A model generated the notes under the pieces. That model had not been told where the DNA came from, did no database searches, and worked only from the letters and a program-made list of their open reading frames with translations. A stretch of 64,000 nucleotides of DNA from Gnetum montanum. Its lineage: Eukaryota; Plantae; Gnetophyta. The stretch covers positions 327,564-391,563 of the forward strand of contig MNCI01003467.1 of NCBI GenBank assembly GCA_015680685.1, written 5' to 3'. The translations under genes were made by a program, and so were the position numbers. The first letter of the stretch is position 1. Every line of letters begins with the position of its first letter. Shown here piece by piece: positions 52,331 through 64,000 of this stretch.

Positions 52331-52862
52331 GTCATGTCCCATTACCAAATGGTATTGCTACATAACAAATATGGTATCTCTTCATAACAAGTATTGTAAT
52401 TATTGTAATAATACTTGAAAGAGAAAGTTGTAATTAAGATCCAAAAGGACACATTATAATAATGAGCATATCTCTAGAGGTGACCTTTGGAGGTTTGACC
52501 TAAGCTATTAATACATAGGCATTAGAGGTCATATCAACATGGAGTTGTATAGCTAGAAAAGATGAGTAACAAATGTTAGGTGAAGTAGGACAAAAAGAAG
52601 AATGGTCATTCCTTCTAGCTAGTGATAGGTCTTACCATGGTGGTAGTGCTAGATAGCCTCTAAGGGATAGATGCTAAAGAAAGATAACTCCAAGGAACAC
52701 TCAAAGCATGACCTAGATACATTATTCTATATTAATAAAGAATTTGTTTTCTTTTTTTTCTAGATTTTTCCTATTAGTTTCTTTACACATGATGTTGAAG
52801 GTAACATATATTTGACATGTTCTATGCATGCTCTTTATGCATAATATCAAATGTAATGTATA

Positions 52863-53761
52863 TGATAAAACCTATTTTTTATAAGCCATGATATCGCATC
52901 TACCATATCATATCTACAACATTGTAGCTCTACATACATTATTATTGATGCAATGTAGTGTGTGTTGTTCATCCCTATAAATATTAACACTTGATCATAC
53001 CAATGAAGAACTTTTATTCCATCCTTAGCAAAAATATTGTATTTTTTTTTGTAGTTTATAGTTAGTGATAGAGTGAATGCTCATAGTGTGATGTTAAACA
53101 ATTGAATGGAATCCTTATTCAAGTGGATTGTACTTGGGCATAGTTCATGAATACTAATAAAGATCGAGATTTTTTACCACCATTATAGCATCCACTAGTT
53201 TATTTGTTTTTCTTAGCTAATTTTTTTTTTACTTGGTTTAATTTTCATTTCTTTAATGTGCTTACTTTAGTTTAGTATTTTAATTTTTTCAAGAACTTTA
53301 CTTTCCTCATCTTCATTAGTAAGGCAAAATGAGTATGATCGGTTTTGAGCATATAAGTGTAATTTTTTGGTAATCCTAGTAGTTTTATTACTTGGTTCAT
53401 CCAATAGCATGATACTTGGTAACCCAGTAATGGTTACATATGTCCAAGATGTATATGACAAGCCAGGAATGGCTGCTCATTACCATAGGATAGAGTAGAT
53501 TCACATTTTTGTTATCACTTATATTTAAAATTTATTCTCGCTTTCATTATGTTTGCACTTAGGAGAGATACGAGCCAACAACATCAAAATATCATATGCC
53601 TCACTTAGAGTTAAACCATACACTTACACTTCACTAGCTCGAAGTGTGAAGATAACAATCACAAACCAATTATCAACTTCTAGCATACTTACATTCTCCA
53701 TTTATAGATTACGATTTGGTCGCACGTGTGCACTCATGACTTGTATGGTAGAGCATTGGGA
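52863..53761 (+). repeat. 5' LTR of E (terminal CATCA apparently deleted)
   Basis: Homologous to the reverse complement of the A, D and F LTRs. Confidence 0.8.
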
Positions 53762-53870
53762 TGGAACCATTTCTAGGGATGTGTCAATGTTTGCTTAGTA
53801 GCTAATCTTATATAGTTCATTGTATTAAGAATCACAAAGTTTATCTTCCACATCTTTAATTAATCTTTTA

Positions 53871-53890
53871 ACACACACACACACACACAC
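53871..53890. repeat. (AC)10 microsatellite in the leader of E
   Basis: Perfect ACACACACACACACACACAC. Confidence 0.95.
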
Positions 53891-53912
53891 TTAAGAGCAT
53901 CAAGCATATAAC

Positions 53913-56900
53913 ATGGCTTCTACACTCAAGGAAAAGTAACCACCTACCAAAGAAACTCAAAAGAGTCATGAAAAAAGATATGATGAAGAACACTAGAGTG
54001 CATCCATGCAAACCAGAATCTCACATGTTCATGAAAATTAATATTATCCTAATTCCACATTCATCTTCCATCATGATGAACAACTAAGGTGGAGAGATTT
54101 GTAGGGCAACATAGTTTTTCCACCTGAACATTCGACACCATCAATGTTGTAAGCAACCATAATGAGGTTAAACCCTAGCCATGCACAAGAAGGATATCAT
54201 GTTACTAAACACATAACCAAGCCATATCAATCCATAGTGTAGGTAATAAGGGATGCTACCATGGAGACAAGACATAAGAACAACAAAGGAAAGATGGTAA
54301 CTCATAATGTTTTCTTAGAAGAAATAAATGATAATACATTCCTAACGAAAAAACTTCATCAAGCTCATGAATCCCATTCATAAATGCCTATCCTTCATCT
54401 ACAGAAACCTATCAAAATAAAATTTCTTTTATCCCTTATAGAAACACCTAGGAGAGATGCAAAAGACTCTAAACCTAGGTGAAGCTTAAGGCCTAGAGCA
54501 TCTACAAAACCACAAGAGAATGAATCATGAAGCCATAGAATTAGCTAGCACTGTTCTTCACCTAATTTCTCTTCCTCATCACAATTATTAGTGGAATCCA
54601 ATAACAGGGAATGAAGACCAAGAGACTACGATAGGGAAATACGTAGGGATCATGAGAGACATGAATATTGAAGAAGATATTCTAATGAGGAAGAAGATAA
54701 TTATGAACAACAAAGAGATAGGATTAGGCATGAAGAAAGAGAACAACACTATGAGTATCAAAGGGATCACAACTATAACAAAGTTTACAAATCCAAAGAT
54801 CATGAGGAAACCCCTATTGACCACTCACAAAATGATTAACATTAGAGTACTATATATTCCTACTAGGCACTTAAGAGATAGTTACATCAAGCGACTAGAC
54901 ATTAATAACATTCCCAAATTTGAAGGTGGATATAATGTAGATCCATAGCACCATCATCAAGCATTCCATGATGCTTATGCCCTTCAAAATATCAATAATG
55001 ATTAGTAAAAGTTAAAGTTATTCTCCAAGACTCTCATCAATGAATCAAAAAGCTAGTTCTAATCCTTAGAACCAAAATTTATCTGAAGATGGAGTAACAT
55101 GCTAGAACTTTTTAATGACAAGTATCAAAACTATTCAAGTGTGTCTAATTTAAAAAAACAAAACCAAAGATGAAAGTAAGGGACACATGAATCACTTGAT
55201 GTGGCAATGGACAGATATTATTGTTTACTACAATGATGCCCACGCCATGGTTCTTCACAAAGGAAACAACTAAGACATATTATTGATGGGTTAAGAAATA
55301 AAACTAAAGAAACTCTTACAGTATATGCCCAAGGAAAATTATTAGAAATGATCGAAAATAGAATTTAAAGATTGATAAACCATATGGTCAAAGAAGAAGG
55401 AGAATTAAAGAAGAGAGAATAAATTGAAGAATACAATTGAGATTTGGCAACAAGGAAAAGAGATGTTAGAATGTGTGATAGATAAGAACATGAAACTTTG
55501 AAGAATGCCGTTGAAAAGAAGACTCTAACTATCCAGAAATCAGTAATGACATTGCAAGGTAAAGAAAATGTGGGACTTAGTAGATGAGAAATTTGCTACT
55601 TCACTTAACATAGTGGAGGAGGAAATTGAACAAGCCCTAAACAAGAACAAAGAAAAGAAGAAAAGAAGAGATAATAGATGAGAGAATTACAAACATAAAG
55701 GAAAATTTGTTGGTATTGAGGAATTAATAGGCTCTAGTTTAGAAGCCAAGGAAAGATGCAAAGTATGCCAGTATGAACATCCTAAAGAATGTTGTCCTAT
55801 TATGGCCCACTTGCAAGAGTCTAGGGCATATGCACTTAATCCAAATTTATCAAGAAAAAAATGCCAAGATAACTACCCTATCCACAAGGTAACTTCTGAC
55901 AACCTTTTCAATCATCATACCATCAAACTAGATCCTATCCTCAATCATAAGAGCAATACCAATAGTAATGGCAACAACCACAAGCATGAAGAATGTCACT
56001 ATTGAGGCAGCAATATCCATATAGGTAACTTGATCCTTATGGATATTATATTCAATGTCCAATCTCTTTAGGAAATTCATAAGTCCATACTTCCTCTCAC
56101 TACTATGCACCAAAATATTACAAGCCCACTACTCCAAGAATGGATCCAAATCCTTATGCATATCAAACAACAACTAGTTCAATAGTTTTCTCTACCACCA
56201 ATATCATCACTAGTTATGCAAGGATAACTATCAACACAAACACAACAAGAGAATGCCACTAGGGTAGTAAATACATAAGAGGATGTGATTATAAATGAGC
56301 CTAGATCTAGGAAATTTTAATTTTTAAAACAAGTCTAGAAAAGGTTCAATTGATCGGAAATTCACCTACATTAATTCCATCCACACATACTCCTCAAGGG
56401 AAGATCAAGCGTCCACTCTCTATAGATCTAAATTTAACCATTTTCATGCTCATTCAAGCTATTACACACTGGATCAAGGTAGGAGCACTTCTCAAGAAGA
56501 GAATAGACCCTAGGAGCCCCTTAGTATATCTTCAAATAGTAGGTCATAAACCATGCAAAGCTCTACTAGATTCTGGATCAAGAGTAAACCTAATTTTACA
56601 AAATATGTAAAAATCCTAGAATCTATCTTCACTAAAAAAGAGCAACATCCAATTAGAGCTCGTATACCAATCAATCACTGTTCCACTAAGACAAGTGAAC
56701 AATGTCTCTATAATTATGGGAAAAGCATGGCTTAGCACTATGTACGCTAAGCTAGGAATTACAAACTTGTCCTTGGAAATTTCCAAGGAAGATGAGGCCA
56801 AAATCATATAGAGACATCAAGTTCCATATATCACATATAGTGATTATAGGTGCAATAACTTGTGAAAAATCTAGGCCATCAAACAAGAAATCAACAAAGC

Positions 56901-58967
56901 ATGCAATCAATTTGTAGAAGATATGTGTGTAGAGCAATGTTTATATGCAATAGCCACCAAACAAGAAGGCACCCAATGGCTGATTACTAAAAAAGGAACA
57001 GAATCTAAAATGTACATGAAACCATCTAATCAAATTATGAGTGCCTACATTAAAGAAGCTAATGAATTAGAATAGTTAAGAAAGAAACACCCCTATGTAC
57101 ATGCACATTAAGAAGAAGACATTGAATGAGGATAGCTAGAAATTCTAGACAAATATGAACCAAAACCTTTAGAACTAAAATCCATACCATATGTACTAGC
57201 ATATGCCTTTCTAAATAACAAGAAACTAGTAATTATTAATGTCAATCTTGATAAGAATAGAAGAAAAGATTATTGGAAGTGGTGAATAAATGGCCAACAA
57301 CATTTGCATGGTCCTATGATGAAATAATAGGTATTGATCCATGCATATGTTAACATCAAGCTTATACAAATCCAATTGTTAAACCACACTACCAACCTCA
57401 AAGAAGATTAAATCCAAAACTCAAAGAAGTGATAAAACAAAAATTGGAGTAACTATTAACAGTAGGATTCATCTATCCAATAATAGATAGTGAATTGATC
57501 AATCCCTTAGTCATTGTTCCAAATAAAGGTGGCAGTGGAAGATCTACATTGACTTATGGTTGTTGAATTCAACAATATTTAAAGACCATTTTTCCTTACC
57601 ATTTGTTGACCAAGTCCTTGATACCATTGTAGGACACTAGTACTATAATTTCCTTGATGGGTACAATATGTATAATCAAATCTGCATTGCACCAGAAGAT
57701 CAAGAGAAACCACATTCACTAGCCCATGGGGGATATTTGCCTACAAGCAACTATACTTTGACTTGTGTAATGCTCCAGCTACTTTCCAAAGACTAGTACT
57801 GAGCATCTTTCAAAAACATATTGCTAATTAAATAAAGTATTCCTTGATGATTTTTTCTCTTATGGGCTAGATTTTAAATGGGTATTGGACCAATTAGAGT
57901 AGGTTTTAAAAGGATGTGTAGAAACTAATCTAAAGCTCAATTGGCAAAAGAGCCATTTAATGGTCCAAGATAGTATTATTCTAAAACATAATGTATCTCA
58001 AAAGGGAATAGAGGTATATCCTAAATAGATAAGAGTCATCAAAAATATTACTAATAGGTCACAAAAAATTAAGGACGTTTGATCATTCCTTGGACATACA
58101 AGATACTATAGAAGATTCATTGAAAATTTCTCAAAGATAGCAAAGTTGCTAGTAGAACTAACAAAGAAAGATGCATCATCCCAATGGACAGAATAGTGTA
58201 AGAAGGCATTTGAGTCATTAAAGTAGAAGCTGATTGAAACATAAATCCTCCAAGCTCCACATTATGATAGATTCTTTAAACTACACATTGAATGGAGTTC
58301 TTACTCAACATAATGATTAAAAGAAACCATATTATATACATTGTGCTAGTTGAAGCATCATCGAAGCATAACTTAACTACACCACTATAGAAAAGGAGCT
58401 TATGATCATGGTGTATGCACTTGAAAACTTTAGACATTATGTGCTTGGATATCCTATTTATGTTCACACAAATCATAGTGCCATCAAGTTTTTTATGAAT
58501 AAACTAGTAGTTAGCCCAAAATGGCTCATGATATTATAGGATTTTGACATCATAATGATAGATAGGAAAGAACTAAATATGTTGTAGCCAATCATTTGCC
58601 AAGACTAAGATGGAAACCATAAGAAAACGATGAACCATTATCAAACCAGTTTCCCGATGAAAATTTATTTACAAAGACAAGAATGACTGCCAACTCAATA
58701 AACAAGACATGGATTACTGATTACATAACTTATATCACTACATAAGAGCTCTTTTTGAGTGGAATAGGAAACAAAAGGAACAAAATTAATGAAAATCTAT
58801 ACAAGATATGTGTTAATGGACTAGTAAGATAGTGCCTTCCAAAAGTTAGTAAAAAAAGAATTCTACAAGATGTGCATGAAGGACCATGTGATGGTCACTA
58901 TGCAAGACATAGAATAGCATTGAAGCCAATGATGGTAGGCTACTTATAGCCTATCATATTTAGTTAT
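53913..58967 (+). pseudogene. pol: gag-PR-RT-RH-INT(N-terminal) remnant of E
   Basis: IPKFEGGYNVDP; CKVCQYEHPKECCP; ALLDSGSRVNLI; WSYDEIIGIDP; KDHFSLPFVDQVLD; LCNAPATFQR; VFLDDF; HEGPCDGHYA. Confidence 0.92.
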
Positions 58968-59823
58968 TGATGAGCAATGAGATACCCATACACTCAACCA
59001 TATGAATACGAGCATGCACACACAATTCGGTCAAACTCTGCAGACGAACTAGCTGTGGCACCTAGATAGTTATACATTGATCGTAGTTCATTGTCTTCCT
59101 ACTTGGACTAGTATTTCCTTTGTCACATGTGGTTTAGTCCAAAGTGAGGTGTATGATGTGATTTCTAATACTAGGTTACTCCTAAAGACAATGAGAAATA
59201 ACTTTATTAAGCTAATAAGTGATAGAAAATAGAATCTAAGCTAGCCTAAGTGTGATGAGCATCTATCCTTAATCATCCATACACATCTTGGACTTCATGT
59301 ACTACTTCTAGGTTCACCAAGCACACATTACTCAAAGCACTACTAGATATGCTACTAGGTCATCATGTAGTTACACTTAAATGTTCATGATTAATATGTA
59401 CTCATTCTGCATTAATAAGTAGAATAGTAAATGACAATAAAAAAAATATTACTAAGAAAATAACAATAAATAATTAACAATTAAATAATTAAAAGCTAAG
59501 TGAATGTTACAATGATGGAGTAATTTCAATCTTTATTTTCAATTCTATGCATGTTCAAGTACATCACACTTGAATAAAGGTTCCATACAATTACAAGCAT
59601 CACACTGCGGGCATGCACTTGGGAAAATAACTGAAAATTTAAAAAAAAAACTCTCAACTCCTAATGACTAACTAATTACCTCCATCCCATGTGCTTGAGT
59701 GCTATATTTATAGGCTAACATAGGAATCATGATATCGTGTATACAATATCATACCTAGGCTATGATATTGTGTACTTGATATCATGTACCTAATATTGGG
59801 GCTTGGGAAACCGTGATTCATCA
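58968..59823 (-). repeat. 3' LTR of F
   Basis: Terminal TGATG/CATCA with a GATATC array at 59730-59800. Confidence 0.9.
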
Positions 59824-60009
59824 TACCCCCACAACTGAATAAACACTCATCCTCAAGTCAAAAAAATGATAAAAAAGTTCATTTGATTACATAATGGATA
59901 GGTATGGGATTATGGGCTGACTATGGATTATTTCATGTCACAATGTGAGACTAGACAAAAAAAAATTAGGACACCAACACAAAATACAAAATACAAAACT
60001 GTTTGGAAC

Positions 60010-62809
60010 TCATGTGGCTCATGGTGGCAATGGCTCCTCCATGGGCTTCTTCCCCTTATTCTATGCTCTAGGATTTGAAAATGGATACTTCTGAAGAAGT
60101 GTGTAAAGCTTTTCTTCCTCTATTTGAGGATCATGTGTTGTCCATGCTGATGTTCCAATATTTGATGAAGTCAGCACCTCCCATGGACACAACAGTTGTG
60201 GGAACATTTGATTAGCTTTGATGCACCATGCCACAAATAGCCCTTGTTCCTCCTCATAGGCTTTGTCTTTGTCTCTAAATTCCTAATAATTTTTGAGCTA
60301 TCAAGCCAAATCTCCTGTAATATCATTTTGACCTTGGTAGCTAGCTTTTACCACCTCTAGTTCAAAATTTCATACTCCCAATTTCTTAAAATGTCTTTTT
60401 ATGTTCAACAAACTCTATTTCATATTTTGTGTTGGTGGCAGCTACTTGCTTTTCCAGCTTGATCCTCAAGCATCCTACTCTTAACATGGCCAAGTTAGCA
60501 TATCGCAAGTTTTCCATCTCCATGTATTTAGTGAGATCCTAGATCTATAGGTCCTGGCTCTTTAATTTTTCTTGTTGGACGAAGGCATAAGTGTCCAATA
60601 TGGCTCACCAATTAGTATTTTGAGCACTGAAAGAGCTGATGTGGGCCATAGCCATATGGATCTCTTTTTCAATGATCTCCTTACACATCCCCACCTCGTC
60701 CTAGAAATGCTCCTTCAATTTTTCATGTTGCTTAGCTTTGTTTTGCCATGCACTTATTTCAATTGTCATCTTCTAATGGATGGCACATACCTCCTCCATT
60801 GAGAGGATCCTATTCTCTTTGGCTAAGTGACTCATGTTTTGGTTGACTCTTATTAGTTGTTCTTGCATTTGTTGAAAACTTTCCTTGAGAACCTTCTTTC
60901 ATTTTTCAATTATTGTCAACCGAAGATTTTTAGCAACAAGGAATTTATTTTCTTCCTGTAAGGCTTTGAGTGTTTTTGCATGTGCATATGTTTGAGCCTA
61001 TGCTTTCGAAGCATCCCAATTTACCTTCTCCTTTTTCATTGCTACCCTTTTATTCTTATCTAATAATTTATTTAGTTGCTATATCCTAAATAATTCTAGA
61101 TGATTGACTAGAATAAGTTGGGATAAATCCCACTATGTAGCTTGTAGGACAATGAACTTCTGCTAGAGTCTTCTCAACTCATCTTCTGCGTGTTTAGCCC
61201 TAACCTTAGCCATAACCAACTTTTCCTTTGTGGAAATGATGTTTGATTATGTTGTTATGACATCTTGGGGAATGTCAAACAAAGATGTCATTACTTATCC
61301 TATCTACAAAAAATGATCCAGAGCATCCTCATGTTCCATAGGAGTCATCAAGATACCGGCTAGAACTTGAGCATCATGTGCTCCTGTGAGATCCACTGTG
61401 GCACAATAGGGATGTAAAATAACTCTTTGATGTGGTCCGCAATCACTTCTACTACTCCAATTGCATCCTAGTATTGCATGACCACTATTGTGGCACCTTC
61501 ACCAGTTTCTAATTATACTTGAAATGATGCAACATTCCCAGAAATCTATTGACCAATGTGACTCCCCTCCTCCTGTTTGTATCAAGACCTCACCTCTTGC
61601 ATGATAAATTAAGATGGTGGGCTATACAGCATCATCAATAACCTTGAAGAGATTGGTCTCATCATGACATTCCCAACTAATCATTTCTGCAATGGCCCTA
61701 AGATGGCTCATTGATGGTTGGTAATCTTGCAGTGACGGTGGTGGTTGGTCCTGCAAACCCGTGGGTTGAATGTTGGGCCCTGCTCCTTATTTTTTACTTA
61801 GTCTTATGTCTATAAGTTGGCTAGGATCTATTGTTTGAGGTGTAGTGGGCCCAACTGTCTACTCTTGTTCAGGCTCCAGTGTCTCACCAACATCTTTTCT
61901 TGGTGCTGGTGGCTTTAGTAATTAGGCATATGAAGCATTTTGAGCCTTTTTGAGGTCATCATTAGTGTACCCCAAAATTCCAACATGCTAACATAGCTTC
62001 TTGATCAGGCATGGAAAGAGTAATGCAAACTTTCCTATCTTGCATTCTTCAAACCACCTCAACATTTCTTTTAGATGAAAATGGGGCAAATTGGCATCAA
62101 CCTTGCCCATCAAGATTGCACTTCCTCTAGCTACATAGGTAGAGATCCTATTTAGCGCCTTCATTGGGAAGATGTGATATATGCCAATTTTGAAATAATT
62201 TCTCTCTTCAAGGGTCAATTCTTCATATGTTTTGTCTTCTTTGTTGTACACCCTCTCTAGCCATACTTTTTGTGCATTAGCATCGGAGAAGGTGGACAGA
62301 TGAGCAACTTTGGACCCTATATTTAGAAGATTTAGAACTTCCATAATGGCCTTTATAGAGAAATCAACTGAAATTCCACCAATGTCAGTGGTGGTGCCTT
62401 CCTCTTTATTATGCCAAAATTGATAAGTTTTCCCCAAATACCATTCTCCACTTTCCAAGAGGACAGGCCATAGTGGAGATCCCTTGAGTTGATCTTTGAC
62501 CTACTCAGGGGTGAATTTAGTAAAAGGTCCAAATTAAGTTTCACAATCACTGCAGTGAATGTGGGACCTTTCCCGAATGACCTAAACACATTCTAGAGAT
62601 AACATAAGATGTTGTCCTTGTTTCGGTGCCCTACCTTCTCCACCTTCTGCTTGACTAGATTGTGCAGTAATAGGGGTTTCTTGATGGATGCTAAATGATT
62701 GTGCCTCCTATTCTACATGTTCTGTGGGAGGTCCTTGGCCTCTACGTCTCCTTGGGCATTTGGCTACACCTTGAGAGGGTCCTTCCTATTGTCCTTGTTT
62801 AGGGGCCAC
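60010..62809 (-). pseudogene. Athila env-like accessory ORF remnant of F
   Basis: TATAG|GTG APK start. ORF 61988-62458 contains GGISVDFSIKAIMEVLNL...FPCLIKKLC. The C-terminus is homologous to A (QMFPQLLCPWEVL). Confidence 0.78.
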
Positions 62810-63324
62810 CTATAATCACACTAGGATCAATTGTTAGTAAGGTCATTTAACAAAGTTTCATTATCTTATGCCTTACTCATTGCCTTTAATAAATTTTAAA
62901 ATTTAACTGCTTAGTGTGATTTCAAAGTTATAATTTTTTTAAGGAAATTCCCCTAAAATTTTTAATGTCAGGCCCAATCTGATCAAGTGACTCCAACAAT
63001 AATTTAAATGATTTGGGTGAATGAAGAAAATTATTTTGGCATGAGTTTTTAACATTTTCCAATAGGAGTTACCCCTATCATATCCTTCAAGTGATAGCAA
63101 ATTTTAAAAATTTTATGAACAAATTCTACCATACCCCTCCCCCACGACTAAGTTAAACATTCTGAGTTTAAGTAGGTTCAATCGGAAGGGAAATCAAAGC
63201 GCTAACAAGTGAGATATTAATGGTTAAATGGTAGGTGTGCAAAGCATGCAGAATTGTGGATGAAAATTGCAAAAACTTCCCTCACATCAATAGTTGAAAA
63301 TGACTTCTACATGTGTGAGGGGGG

Positions 63325-63420
63325 CCCATATATAGGGGTTTTGTTAATGTGATATCGTGTACGTGATAGCGTGGACCCGATATCACGTTAGATCCAATAC
63401 TGGGTATCTGATATCACATC
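63325..63420 (-). promoter_or_regulatory. Putative internal promoter of the F env-like ORF
   Basis: GATATC(G/A) repeats are followed on the minus strand by CCCCTATATAT, at the position equivalent to 3905-4010 in A. Confidence 0.55.
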
Positions 63421-64000
63421 CCTTCCAAAATAGGGTACTTAGTAAAATTGATAAGTTTTTGAGTTTTCACAACAAAAAATGAAGGATTTGAGGTAGATTT
63501 AAAAGATTGGTGGTAATGTTAAGTGGACATTAAGACACCAAAAGTGTAATAAAGTGGAATTATATAATGAATTTCTTGAATAGGATGAGGAAAAAGGACA
63601 TGTAGTGATGCAAAGAAATGTTTGGTTGAAATGATGATAAAGAAAAGAATAAATTTGGCAATGCAGTACTCGGAGGGTATAAGATAATGTGGTGGTGTGC
63701 AACAAGTATAAATTACAAAAGTTATGCAAGTGGGTCCTCCCCAAAGCAGGTTCCAACCTATCATCCCCTTATGTAACCACACCTTAAAATGTCCATAGGC
63801 ACTAGAAGGGTTAAATGTAATCTACACTGGTGCAACAAAACACACACATGTTAAATACCACCATGATGAGGTATGAATTCTATACCATACAAGACACAAT
63901 TTAGAAATACTTGGACCATGAGATGAGATGAATCGTAGAAGGGATTGAAGAGATTGAGACATAAGGTACTTAACCCTGGGCACAATGAATCCAAAGTGTT

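Larger units (their letters stand above)
52863..58967 (+). mobile_element. Element E: Athila-like element (5' LTR, PBS, gag-pol) interrupted in integrase by F
   Basis: The LTR starts TGATAAAAC with a GATATC array and TATAAATA at ~52976. PBS TGGAACCATTTCTAGGGA lies at 53762. Confidence 0.88.
58968..64000 (-). mobile_element. Element F: Athila-like element (3' LTR, PPT, env-like ORF), continues beyond the window
   Basis: LTR 58968-59823 (TGATG...CATCA), PPT at 59824-59830, internal region collinear with A 397-4600. Confidence 0.9.

Noticed and set aside
52330-52862. Purine-rich coding-like stretch
   Set aside because: No ORF of 60 aa or more and no recognisable motif, so it is left unassigned.

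Overview
This is AT-rich, CpG/CHG-depleted plant intergenic DNA made almost entirely of nested, decayed LTR retrotransposons. I found no host gene, RNA gene or CRISPR array. Left to right: (A) a minus-strand Athila-like Ty3/gypsy element (<1-16629) with gag-protease and an env-like ORF but no RT/RNaseH/integrase; (B) a SIRE-type Ty1/copia element inserted in A (5064-11592), also gag + env-like ORF without pol; (J) an old Tekay-like chromovirus (16630-20418) interrupted by a solo LTR (19121-20243); (C'/C) two younger Athila-like pieces fused as an inverted structure (20419-23349); (G) a Tat/Ogre-type pol remnant with archaeal-type RNase H but no RT core (23350-29533); (H) a Tat-type element with gag and an antisense, intron-containing accessory gene (29534-~39850); (I) an Athila env remnant split by (D), an Athila-like gag-pol element with two LTRs and no env ORF (40303-50235); and (E) a plus-strand Athila-like gag-pol element (52863-58967) interrupted in its integrase by (F), an env-bearing Athila-like element (58968->64000). 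The most interesting pattern is that three lineages independently keep gag plus a 'plant transposon protein'-like accessory gene while lacking pol. In A, F and B that gene sits behind an internal promoter-like array of the same CpG palindrome used in the LTR. All lineage and domain calls come from motif recognition by eye, and boundaries marked ~ are approximate.
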